64,000 nucleotides of DNA from an uncultured virus (IMG/VR IMGVR_UViG_3300025362_000006) (lineage: Duplodnaviria > Heunggongvirae > Uroviricota > Caudoviricetes), in IMG/VR virus record IMGVR_UViG_3300025362_000006. The stretch is one strand, 5' to 3'. Numbering within the stretch: the first letter of the stretch is position 1; every line of letters begins with the position of its first letter. The translations under genes were made by a program, and so were the position numbers. Below the pieces are notes generated by a model. The model was not told where the DNA came from, made no database searches, and worked only from the letters and a program-made list of their open reading frames with translations. This document shows, one piece after another, positions 53,018 to 62,837 of the stretch.

Positions 53018-53147
53018 TAAGGAAATCACTGACGGAGCAACCAGAAACTACGTCCGATCAAGAACAATGATCGAAATCGCTCGTACCGATGGAATGGGTT
53101 GCATCGAAGTACTTAATATTGACAATTATCTGGCGAATACTGCCTAA
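53018..53147 (+). CDS. MCP exon 5 (C-terminus)
   Basis: V|KEITDGATRNYVRSRTMIEIARTDGMGCIEVLNIDNYLANTA*; not in ORF track. Confidence 0.85.
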
Positions 53148-53153
53148 ACAAAT

Positions 53154-53196
53154 GTTTTATATAGTAGCTAGGCGATAGCTAGCTACTATATAAAAC
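53154..53196 (+). terminator. perfect 18-bp inverted repeat after MCP
   Basis: GTTTTATATAGTAGCTAG-GCGATAG-CTAGCTACTATATAAAAC. Confidence 0.65.
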
Positions 53197-53505
53197 CATT
53201 TTTGAAGTCAAGAGTAGTGTAATAACCAGCTACTTATACCTTTACATTACTCTTGATCAATTTTTTATTTTCATTTTAAACAGCAATAGATACTTCATCC
53301 TCAAATATTTTCCAATTCGTAAATCTTGATATTTGTTTGATGTTGTGCAGCTATACACAATGTGTATAGATCTGTATCGGGGGAAATGTCAGACGACGAT
53401 ATTATAAACTTTCCTTTTTAGATTAGAATATATTCATTTGATGAATATTTATTGCTGTTTAAAATTAAAATAAAAACCTACTTAATTGATAGGATAATAA
53501 TATTT

Positions 53506-54447
53506 ATGAAAGAATCAAAAACTAACTATGTTATTTGTGGTTTACCTGACTCCGGTCAAAAAGAATTATACACATTATTAAAAGATAACTTATCAAAAAA
53601 ATACTCATTTAATGAGTCGGGATTATCAATATTAGATAATTCAATTAAAGAAGATACTATTAATTTTAACTTATTTGATTTAACTCGAATAGAAGAGTTG
53701 CAAAAAACAACTAAATTTATTATTTGTGTTCGAGATATTCGGGATATTCTTTGTGATAAATTCATATTCAATGATTCAAAAACATATGTAAATGATTGGA
53801 ATTGTAGGTATATGTTTGATGATTTAATTATGCATGATTTGATCATCAACTCAACTACAAGTTTTGGACTTCGGTACTATGCTGACTTTATTAAAAACTT
53901 GTCAGAAGAACAAAAATTAAGTTGTATAATCATTACATATGAACAATTAATCGTTGACCCAATCACAACACAGCTTGAATTAATGGAGTTTGACACAACT
54001 CTAGATTTTGAATCTGATTTCACAATTACTGAAATTAGAAGACCTACTTGGGAAAACAATCTTGAAAGAATGAAAGATCAAGTTTGTAAGTTTCCAAAAA
54101 TGATCGATTACATAACATATTTTAATTTTGAACAAGATAATTCTTGGTGTGATGGAATTTACGACGAAGAACAAGTTCAAACAAATGAACAAAATATTAA
54201 ACTTGAAATTGATGGTTTAATTAAAACGTCATTGACTTCTGTAGCTCCTGTTGGTTTTTCAAGACACAACAAAATTAAAAGACCGTTTAGGAATCAATTA
54301 AATGTACGGAAAAACAAAATTGGTAGATCAAAACCTAGGAATCAATTAAATGTACGGAAAAACAAAATTGGTAGATCAAAACCTACTATTCAAGCAAAAA
54401 AGAAAATAAAGAATCAAGTAAATATTAAATTTAATACTTCCAAATAA
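53506..54447 (+). CDS. sulfotransferase-like protein with basic C-terminal tail
   Basis: VICGLPDSG (5'-PSB-like), VRDIRD (3'-PB-like), ITYEQLIVDP; 48-bp tandem duplication at about 54288-54385. Confidence 0.6.
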   Translation: MKESKTNYVICGLPDSGQKELYTLLKDNLSKKYSFNESGLSILDNSIKEDTINFNLFDLTRIEELQKTTKFIICVRDIRDILCDKFIFNDSKTYVNDWNCRYMFDDLIMHDLIINSTTSFGLRYYADFIKNLSEEQKLSCIIITYEQLIVDPITTQLELMEFDTTLDFESDFTITEIRRPTWENNLERMKDQVCKFPKMIDYITYFNFEQDNSWCDGIYDEEQVQTNEQNIKLEIDGLIKTSLTSVAPVGFSRHNKIKRPFRNQLNVRKNKIGRSKPRNQLNVRKNKIGRSKPTIQAKKKIKNQVNIKFNTSK

Positions 54448-54462
54448 ATAGGATAAAACTAT

Positions 54463-54723
54463 ATGGCTAACTTAATGTTACTTGAAATGAAACGAACTAA
54501 AAATCCTAAAATATATAATTTCATTCAAAAAATTACTCAATATCTTGAGGGTGAAGGATTTAGTACAATTGACGATTCAATGAATAATAGAATTATTTAT
54601 ATGACAATGAAATCAATGCCACAAATTAAAACGACAAACTATATTAAAACAATTAAAAACACAACAGATTATTCGTTGGCTGTTAAAGAAATTTACACAA
54701 CAACAAATTTAATCAAACAATAG
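54463..54723 (+). CDS. hypothetical protein
   Basis: 86 aa, SD AGGA. Confidence 0.55.
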   Translation: MANLMLLEMKRTKNPKIYNFIQKITQYLEGEGFSTIDDSMNNRIIYMTMKSMPQIKTTNYIKTIKNTTDYSLAVKEIYTTTNLIKQ

Positions 54724-54776
54724 TGTCAATGTCGACACACTAACGATAGAATATTATAATTCAAAAGGAGAATTAT

Positions 54777-55676
54777 ATGGTTGCTGGATTTTCACCATTC
54801 TTAGATGCAATGGCTAAACTAAGTTCAATAAAAATGACTGAATGTGTATTTCCGATTGCTAGATTGACAGCAAATTTTACCCCGATGGTAACTGGAGATG
54901 ATGTATCACTTAGGACTTCATTAGTGAGTCCAATTAGTTATGATAGAGAATTATGTAAACTAATAATTAAACATCTTACAATCGTTGATAAAGAACAAGA
55001 CAAAAAATTAAACTATAATGAATTAGTTGCATCAATTAGTAATATTGACAAATTGTCAGCAATATGGGCTTTGTATAAAGCAACATATGATAATTTGGCA
55101 GATCAAAGAGAAATGACTTGTGTAAATAAAGATTGTAAACAAAAATTTAAAATAGACATTCCAATGGATGAGTTGATCCATGAAGATACATATACATTTT
55201 GGGATGTTGCTGATGCTGAAGGGAATATGATTCCTTTTGACACTTACAGAACAGTAATTAGTATTGAACATAAAGACAATGTATATAACTTCAAAGCGAA
55301 ATTGCCTTCTATTAAAGACAATAATACGCTTCTTGGAATAGTATCTATTGACGCACTGCAATATAACCTAGAGAATACAGGGAGCATTTTTAGTAAACCA
55401 CAGAGGATGGGCCTATTAGTTGATGGTTTGCAGATCACATCAAAAACGAATGCATTTGAACCTATCGAAACTATTAATTTTGATGAGTTGCTATTGTCAT
55501 TTAATAATTACTTACCCTTTCAAGTTTCAGATAACTTCTTTAAAGAATATAATACAATGTTTGAAAAATATTCTCCTAATTATTATCTTGAAACTGCTTG
55601 CCCATTTTGTGGTAATGTTGATAAACTTACTATTGATTTGGAAACAGAGTTCTTTCGCAAGTGCCTTTCTGTCTGA
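54777..55676 (+). CDS. baseplate hub assembly protein, T4 gp26-like
   Basis: Cys pairs CVNKDC and CPFCG, near-terminal EFF motif. Confidence 0.65.
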   Translation: MVAGFSPFLDAMAKLSSIKMTECVFPIARLTANFTPMVTGDDVSLRTSLVSPISYDRELCKLIIKHLTIVDKEQDKKLNYNELVASISNIDKLSAIWALYKATYDNLADQREMTCVNKDCKQKFKIDIPMDELIHEDTYTFWDVADAEGNMIPFDTYRTVISIEHKDNVYNFKAKLPSIKDNNTLLGIVSIDALQYNLENTGSIFSKPQRMGLLVDGLQITSKTNAFEPIETINFDELLLSFNNYLPFQVSDNFFKEYNTMFEKYSPNYYLETACPFCGNVDKLTIDLETEFFRKCLSV

Positions 55677-55884
55677 AAATCGAGCTAGTAATTATTATAA
55701 TGACTTTGTTGAAACATTTTGTGTTTATAATGATTTGTTTGAAGGTTGTGTTTCAGTACAAGAAGTATTCGATACCCCGTACCCAGTATATCGAGACATA
55801 ATATTAACTCAAATAAAACGTAAGAAAAAACAAAATGACTTGTTGAAAAAACAACAAGCGAATTCACAAAGGCCACAAAAATAA
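55666..55884 (+). CDS. gp51-like baseplate hub assembly segment (possibly reached by +1 frameshift)
   Basis: NYYNDF...SVQEVFDTPYPVYRDII pattern; no SD-associated start. Confidence 0.5.
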   Translation, partial: FLSENRASNYYNDFVETFCVYNDLFEGCVSVQEVFDTPYPVYRDIILTQIKRKKKQNDLLKKQQANSQRPQK

Positions 55885-56175
55885 ATAATAGCATCGAGTA
55901 GAGTATTTTAGGAAAGGCCAAATTTCAAATTAATAGCAAATATATAGTTTTGGCTAATGTTTTTTCTCCTTTTTACATTAGTTAACTCGGAGGCCTCCAT
56001 GTCTCTCCTGCCTTAAGGTTAGACGGGGGTCTCCAACCCCAAACTTTTTTATAAAAGGTTTACTAATTTTGTACTCCCGATATTAGAATTACAAATTTCA
56101 TATATAAATATTAATAATAATGTTTGGTGATATGTATGTTAACTTGTTATTTTACTTTTACTTAGGAGGTACAAA

Positions 56176-56424
56176 ATGCCAGAAATAATCATTTCAGAAA
56201 AAGACCAATTTGATAAACTTGCTGAGTGGGAAAAGTATGAGTTAATTGAATCCCTTGAGAAATTGAATCGACATGGATCTGTTCAGGTTAAAGTTCGATG
56301 TTGTCAGAATCATCAAGGTATTTCATTTGACCGAGTGGATTCCATTCATTGTCGTTCTGACGAACAAATTGATGGGTCGTATTGTAGCCCGCTTAAACTG
56401 TTAAATGTTTTTGATGGATTTTAA
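56176..56424 (+). CDS. hypothetical protein
   Basis: SD AGGAGG; downstream of TATATAAATA motif. Confidence 0.65.
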   Translation: MPEIIISEKDQFDKLAEWEKYELIESLEKLNRHGSVQVKVRCCQNHQGISFDRVDSIHCRSDEQIDGSYCSPLKLLNVFDGF

Positions 56425-56612
56425 ATTATTCTGCAATTTTATTGCAGTCTAATCCATGAGTTGGATTTTAAGAAAAATTCTAATTTTACTACTTGGGTTT
56501 TCTGTCTCAATTTTGATGATATTCTCCTTTTTTATATATAAATATTAATAGTGCAGACCATCCTAGTTGGGTGGTTGTGCGATGATATACATTTATTAAA
56601 AGGAGAAGTATC

Positions 56613-56888
56613 ATGACTATTGAGACTATGAATTTAAATAAAGAAACGTTTAGTGACGAGAAACTGACCCGAATTCTGTCCGATATTCATACAGAAGTCA
56701 ACTGCCAGATGCAGTTGACAACTCTGACGGGTAAAGCCCGTAGAGCTGAGTGGACTGAACTGAACAATAACCTTATGGAAAAACACATCGTCCATAAGGT
56801 TAGAAAACAATACAACGTGTTCGTTGTATTGTTCTATGAAACAAGAATCCAGTTAGACAAATTGTTTACCTGGATTTGTGGGGGTTGA
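56613..56888 (+). CDS. hypothetical protein
   Basis: SD AAGGAG; downstream of TATATAAATA motif; followed by hairpin near 56898-56926. Confidence 0.65.
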   Translation: MTIETMNLNKETFSDEKLTRILSDIHTEVNCQMQLTTLTGKARRAEWTELNNNLMEKHIVHKVRKQYNVFVVLFYETRIQLDKLFTWICGG

Positions 56889-57059
56889 TCCCCCAAATAG
56901 AAACCCCTGATTTTAGGGGTTTTCTACTTTTATTTAATCATTGAATTTAGTTAATATTAACCCTGTTTGGGGAATGTATTTTTTTATTTTTCTAAAGAAT
57001 TTCCAAAATCCGCCGAGGCCAAAAAAGATAAAACCAAAAATAATATAAGGACACTTAAA

Positions 57060-57623
57060 ATGGCTACCTACACAGAACCAATAGACACAACAGAGGTAAC
57101 TTTAAGTAGCCTACCACTAACTATTCAAAGTCAAATTCCTTATTCAATAAGATCAAGAAAAGATACATACAAATTAGCAAAACTACCAATAAACATTCAA
57201 TACTTAGTAAAAGAATATATATTAAGTAAAAAATCAGTTTCATATGATGTAGTTTTCGATACGATGCCTAATATAGTATCTACAGGAGATTTCGAAGTAA
57301 TAGATAATTACTTCGATTTAGCAGTAGAATATTTAAAAAACTATTTAATGTTAGCAAAAGGTCAATACCCATTCGATCCATCGTTCTATAGCAAACTAAA
57401 ATACTACATTCAAACAAGAGATACATCAACAAGATACACTTTAGTAAATACTGAAGTAACACGAATAGCAAATGTATTAGCATCAGACTTACACATTCCA
57501 ATACAAGTAGTAAACGTAGTAATAGATAAATCTAGTCCGTCAGGTGTGTCAGTAACATATCATGTTGCAATAAATCTTAAAATCAATAATCAATCGAAAC
57601 AATTAGGTATTGATGTGGTATAA
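57060..57623 (+). CDS. baseplate wedge / sheath initiator, T4 gp25-like
   Basis: KGQYPFDPSF resembles the gp25 GE-P-FG motif; ATG 57060 with SD AAGGA. Confidence 0.6.
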   Translation: MATYTEPIDTTEVTLSSLPLTIQSQIPYSIRSRKDTYKLAKLPINIQYLVKEYILSKKSVSYDVVFDTMPNIVSTGDFEVIDNYFDLAVEYLKNYLMLAKGQYPFDPSFYSKLKYYIQTRDTSTRYTLVNTEVTRIANVLASDLHIPIQVVNVVIDKSSPSGVSVTYHVAINLKINNQSKQLGIDVV

Positions 57624-57650
57624 TTTTATAATTAATGTGGAGATTTTTTA

Positions 57651-58592
57651 ATGTCAAATGATAATATTCATTTTGAACCAAACTTAATAAGTCAATATCA
57701 AAAAGAGTATTTAACATTAATTAATTATTATACTCAATTGACTAGAAATAGTGTATTTGTAAAATATTTTAACATCAATCTATCAAGCACTTATGACGAT
57801 AAACTATTTTCAACTTATGATCGATATAATGCTTCAGATATTAAATTTAATATCTATGAATATACCCCAATTTATCATATTCAAGCAATTAGTAATCGAT
57901 CAACATATAGTGAAGACAAAGCAGGGGATGTACTTGAAGGTGTAAGCAGTATAACAGTAAATACTATTTCTCGTCCAAGAATCAACGATCTTATTTATTT
58001 TTATTCTCCAATTCATTCTCAAGAGATATTTAGAGTTATTAATTTTTCAACAGTTTCAAACATGCTTCACTCTGATCCACCTGTCAACTGGTATGAATTA
58101 GATATTGAATATGCCCCAATTGAAGATATTAATAACTTGACTATTTTCAATCATTATATTTACGATTTATCTATTGAAGAATATTTAACTCTTGAAGATT
58201 ATAGAACTAAATTAGATAACTTCAACTTAATTTCAAATATTCTCTTTAGTGCGAAGACATTTTATAATAAAAATTTAGATATTTATTTAACTGACGATAG
58301 GTATATACCAATTGATTTGAATGTTATGATATTTAATTTAAAAACGTCTTCTGATCTTAAAAGTAAATATAAAAAGACTCTTGAACAATATCCAACCCCG
58401 TATGGATATACAAAATACATAGATTCTGTTATTGCCCCTTATTCAACAACATTATTAGAATTCAATAATAAATTTTTAGTTTACGATTTAGAAGAAAAAT
58501 TAATTATTGAATATGAATTTGAAGATATGAAAACACCAATTAATGACTTAGAAAATTTAATTCTGTATGGATATCAATTAATGTCTTTCTAA
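57651..58592 (+). CDS. hypothetical structural protein
   Basis: 313 aa, SD GGAG, structural gene context. Confidence 0.65.
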   Translation: MSNDNIHFEPNLISQYQKEYLTLINYYTQLTRNSVFVKYFNINLSSTYDDKLFSTYDRYNASDIKFNIYEYTPIYHIQAISNRSTYSEDKAGDVLEGVSSITVNTISRPRINDLIYFYSPIHSQEIFRVINFSTVSNMLHSDPPVNWYELDIEYAPIEDINNLTIFNHYIYDLSIEEYLTLEDYRTKLDNFNLISNILFSAKTFYNKNLDIYLTDDRYIPIDLNVMIFNLKTSSDLKSKYKKTLEQYPTPYGYTKYIDSVIAPYSTTLLEFNNKFLVYDLEEKLIIEYEFEDMKTPINDLENLILYGYQLMSF

Positions 58593-58626
58593 ACCCCCTA
58601 GTTCAATAAGGAGAATTAAAAATGTT

Positions 58627-61600
58627 ATGGACCATTCTCAAGTAATTAAATATTTTGATGAATATATAAAAAAATATTCTCCTTACCAAGATAATGAGAC
58701 TTATTTAGCATTAATGGAGTATATAAGTCAAACATTCACAAAAGAATTATATGAAAATATTCCAACTCAATTTAAACAATTGTATGAAGATAACTATATA
58801 GATATTGATATGTATGATATTTTATTACGGAACATCGGTGTCCCGGATAAGATATTATCTAAATTAAAAATCAATGAAAAAATAATTCTATTTAAAAACT
58901 TTACTGATTTTTATCGGTATCGTGGGGACGTTTATTTTTTTGATAAAGTATCTAAGTTATTTGAGGGGGCAGATACATTATTTGATATTTATGAATTGTA
59001 TATTGATTATGATGAAGCAATGCAAGATTGGGTATTTAAACCGTATAAATTAGTTAAAAACACAAATCTTGAGTTATTGACAGATAATATCAGGTACGAT
59101 CAGATATATGATAACATACCAAGTTTCTTAATTACCAGACAACAGTTAACTACACATAAAAATAATAAAGAAATAGTTCTTCCAGTTAAATCGAATATTC
59201 TTTTATTGGATTACTCATTTACTTATAATTTAAGTGAGATGATGCACTTAGTGAATGCTACATTCTTAAAACAATATAAGAAGAAAGAAATAACTTGTTA
59301 TTTTATAGCTGATGAATTCATATTTACATTAAGAGAATTTTTTATAATTTGGTATTATATTTTATTACGGTGTTATGATTCATCAATTGGTGACGTCCCC
59401 TTACAATGGATAATAGAATACATTGATTCAAGTAATCCATATACACTTTCTAATATTGATGAAATATTAGAAGAATATAAATTGGTGACAACTGCTCTTC
59501 AAAGTCGAAATTTTTATGAAAAATATATAAGTCGTCCATTTAAAAACTTTACATATAGTGCCCCACATGAATCTACAGATTTTGAATATTTGCTTACATC
59601 AGATTTTATTGAATACATCGATAGTAGGATAGTTGAATCTATAATGGACGATAAACAAGTATATAATATTATACTTGATGAATTATTAAATTCATTAGTC
59701 TTAGACATTAGTACAACATATGATGAATATTATGTAAAATATTCAGAATATTTTATAAACTCGTTAACTCGTATAACTCTTGATCCTAAATTAACTAGTT
59801 CATATTTACTAATGCATAACTATAAACCTTATCATACTGAATTATTATCAGCATATAATGAACTTATCTTCTCAAATAGTAATTTTGATTTAGCTGCTCC
59901 CGATGCTTACAAAGTACAATTTTTATATGATATGCAGGTTTTAGATAATCTTAATAAAGTGGATTATTATATTACTAATTTTATTTATAATTCTTTTAAC
60001 GCTTTGACTTTTAATGAAAATACTCTTTCGAAATTTGTATTAGAAATTCAAAAAGATTTAGAAATACTTGAAAAGAGTAACTTCAAATATTCTAAGTTTA
60101 ATATAAGTAATCTTGAACAAGTAGATGTTAATAAAATTGATGTGGATTTAACACAAATATTTCAACTGTTACCAATTGAATATTCAAAAATAAATACATT
60201 ACAAAATGCATTCAATAAACTGACTGTTGATGGTGAGTTTATTATTAATTATTTGACACAACTCAATTCTACATTTACCTTTTTTGATTATACTATAAAG
60301 AAAATTCATAATTTGTTTTCTTCATTTAATAATTTAACTGATGTTTCAAAGAGCAATTATAATAACATTTTACAAGATATATTAGAAAAGATTGAGTATA
60401 CTGTTTTTGAAGTTTTAGGTAAAACCTCAGACACATTGTTAACTACAGAATTTTTAGAAACAATTTATAATATATTGTTTAATGTGGTTAACAATATTAG
60501 TGAAGATTTAAAAATTGATTATAATCAAATTGAACAAAGTGGAAAATCTACAATTAATCACGATTTCAATTTTATAAATTCAAAAGATAAAATATATACA
60601 TTTAATCTTAGTGAATATATTGGTATAGGTAAACTAAATATTGGTGACAAAGTAAAATACATACACGATGATGATGTTCATTACGGAGTCATAAAAAGAT
60701 TTGAAAGTGATCATATTAAATTAGCATCTGAGTATACAGGATCAACTATTTCTGGTCAACTAATGAAACAGTCTTCACCAGTACTAGATATTGTAGGACG
60801 AATATCTTTGAGTGCAGTTAAACTTATTGACTCACTATTAACTACAGAGTTCTTAACGCTCATTCAAAATATATTCCTTACAACTGTTCACACTACTGAA
60901 GACATTTCTAATATTAATTCTACTAAAATATTTGAACTTTCATTAGAAAAAAGTGAATCAATATTATTTGAACAATTGACAAATTTAATTGACAGTTTAA
61001 GTATTTCCGACTTTGAACACTCTAAACTCAAACTTCAAGTAGTTAAATTGTTGTCCCTTTATGATCAGGCAATTTGTAAGTATATGGTATATGGTTCTGA
61101 AGTTACCGATTTATTAGATGAACAAGGAACTACAGATTTTAAGAAACAAATATTAGATAAATTATTATCAACAGAGTTCTTAAATTCAATTATAAATATA
61201 TTTTATACGACATTTAATAATATTGATGATAGTTCAAGTAGTAATTTTTTTCAAATTGAACAAAGTGGAAAATCTACAATTAATCACGATTTCAATTTTA
61301 TAAATTCAAAAGATAAAATATATACATTTAATCTTAGTGAATATATTGGTATAGGTAAACTAAATATTGGTGACAAAGTAAAATACATACACGATGATGA
61401 TGTTCATTACGGAGTCATAAAAAGATTTGAAAGTGATCATATTAAATTAGCATCTGAGTATACAGGATCAACTATTTCTGGTCAACTAATGAAACAGTCT
61501 TCACCAGTACTAGATATTGTAGGACGAATATCTTTGAGTGCAGTTAAACTTATTGACTCACTATTAACTACAGAGTTCTTAACGCTCATTCAAAATATAT

Positions 61601-62037
61601 TCCTTACAACTGTTCACACTACTGAAGACATTTCTAATATTAATTCTACTAAAATATTTGAACTTTCATTAGAAAAAAGTGAATCAATATTATTTGAACA
61701 ATTGACAAATTTAATTGACAGTTTAAGTATTTCCGACTTTGAACACTCTAAACTCAAACTTCAAGTAGTTAAATTGTTGTCCCTTTATGATCAGGCAATT
61801 TGTAAGTATATGGTATATGGTTCTGAAGTTACCGATTTATTAGATGAACAAGGAACTACAGATTTAAAAATTGCTCCGTTTACTGATTTGTTGTCATCAA
61901 CAGAATTTTTAAGTTTAGTTTATAATTTAATTTTTTCTTCACTTAATATTATTGTTGATAAGTCAAATACTATTTATCAACAGGCTGCAACTGATAGCCA
62001 AACAATATTAGAGGAGATTTTAATTTTTCAACTTTAA
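58627..62037 (+). CDS. large baseplate/tail-associated protein with internal duplication
   Basis: FYRYRG and YKPYHT motifs resemble baseplate wedge (gp7-type) proteins. Confidence 0.6.
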   Translation: MDHSQVIKYFDEYIKKYSPYQDNETYLALMEYISQTFTKELYENIPTQFKQLYEDNYIDIDMYDILLRNIGVPDKILSKLKINEKIILFKNFTDFYRYRGDVYFFDKVSKLFEGADTLFDIYELYIDYDEAMQDWVFKPYKLVKNTNLELLTDNIRYDQIYDNIPSFLITRQQLTTHKNNKEIVLPVKSNILLLDYSFTYNLSEMMHLVNATFLKQYKKKEITCYFIADEFIFTLREFFIIWYYILLRCYDSSIGDVPLQWIIEYIDSSNPYTLSNIDEILEEYKLVTTALQSRNFYEKYISRPFKNFTYSAPHESTDFEYLLTSDFIEYIDSRIVESIMDDKQVYNIILDELLNSLVLDISTTYDEYYVKYSEYFINSLTRITLDPKLTSSYLLMHNYKPYHTELLSAYNELIFSNSNFDLAAPDAYKVQFLYDMQVLDNLNKVDYYITNFIYNSFNALTFNENTLSKFVLEIQKDLEILEKSNFKYSKFNISNLEQVDVNKIDVDLTQIFQLLPIEYSKINTLQNAFNKLTVDGEFIINYLTQLNSTFTFFDYTIKKIHNLFSSFNNLTDVSKSNYNNILQDILEKIEYTVFEVLGKTSDTLLTTEFLETIYNILFNVVNNISEDLKIDYNQIEQSGKSTINHDFNFINSKDKIYTFNLSEYIGIGKLNIGDKVKYIHDDDVHYGVIKRFESDHIKLASEYTGSTISGQLMKQSSPVLDIVGRISLSAVKLIDSLLTTEFLTLIQNIFLTTVHTTEDISNINSTKIFELSLEKSESILFEQLTNLIDSLSISDFEHSKLKLQVVKLLSLYDQAICKYMVYGSEVTDLLDEQGTTDFKKQILDKLLSTEFLNSIINIFYTTFNNIDDSSSSNFFQIEQSGKSTINHDFNFINSKDKIYTFNLSEYIGIGKLNIGDKVKYIHDDDVHYGVIKRFESDHIKLASEYTGSTISGQLMKQSSPVLDIVGRISLSAVKLIDSLLTTEFLTLIQNIFLTTVHTTEDISNINSTKIFELSLEKSESILFEQLTNLIDSLSISDFEHSKLKLQVVKLLSLYDQAICKYMVYGSEVTDLLDEQGTTDLKIAPFTDLLSSTEFLSLVYNLIFSSLNIIVDKSNTIYQQAATDSQTILEEILIFQL
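60525..61865 (+). repeat. 615-bp direct repeat (60525-61139 and 61251-61865), in frame
   Basis: Copies look identical by eye; offset 726 bp. Confidence 0.92.
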
Positions 62038-62133
62038 CAGATAGAGTTAAATGTCTGAATTTTATAATGTAATGTAATTTATTAACAACATTGTTTAAAT
62101 ATCAATCAATCAATATAGGAGAAATTGTTATCC

Positions 62134-62784
62134 ATGGACCATATCATAACTAATACAGATGATTATAAAATTTTTGATAAATTGGGGTCAAATAAAAAAC
62201 CTGGACCAAAAGGTTGGGTGAGAGCGTTTCTTCATAAAAACCCTAATTTTCTTGGAACCCCTTTTTTTGAAGGTGAAAATTTAATTGTTGGTAACGGTAG
62301 AGAACTTGTTGGTCAACGAATCTTTAATGTTGCTTCACCAGGGCATACTTGGACAAGTTATACAATTTCAGATTTTGGAGTAGGAAGTGGTGGTGCAACA
62401 GTTAGTGACGGTACACCAATAATTGCTGACCCTACACTCGATGATGTAGGATTAAATAATCCAATTACATTAAGTTCAGCATACGATGCTGAAAGTAGCA
62501 GTAGTACAACAGGGGTAATTAAACCAATTACAACAGATGGTTCAATTACATTAATGGATGGTGAATATGGAACTAGTACTTACTATTCAAAATCTAAATG
62601 TGTCTGTGTAGTTGATGCAAGTGAACCTACAAGTTTAGGGGCAGGAGAGTCACAACAAATTTCTGAAGCCGGCTTGTATTTTACAAGTGGATCGACAAAT
62701 GTAATGTTTTCACATATCTGTTTTGCTCCTAAATGGAAAGAATCTGATAGTATATTAACTATTGAATGGTATATTATTTGTTAA
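62134..62784 (+). CDS. baseplate/tail-fibre attachment structural protein
   Basis: ENLIV...GVGSGG...ISEAGLY...LTIEW motifs typical of tail-collar/baseplate proteins. Confidence 0.65.
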   Translation: MDHIITNTDDYKIFDKLGSNKKPGPKGWVRAFLHKNPNFLGTPFFEGENLIVGNGRELVGQRIFNVASPGHTWTSYTISDFGVGSGGATVSDGTPIIADPTLDDVGLNNPITLSSAYDAESSSSTTGVIKPITTDGSITLMDGEYGTSTYYSKSKCVCVVDASEPTSLGAGESQQISEAGLYFTSGSTNVMFSHICFAPKWKESDSILTIEWYIIC

Positions 62785-62837
62785 ATTGTTTTCTTAAAAT
62801 ATAGACAATAATAATCGTTATTAAGGAGTTTTTTATT

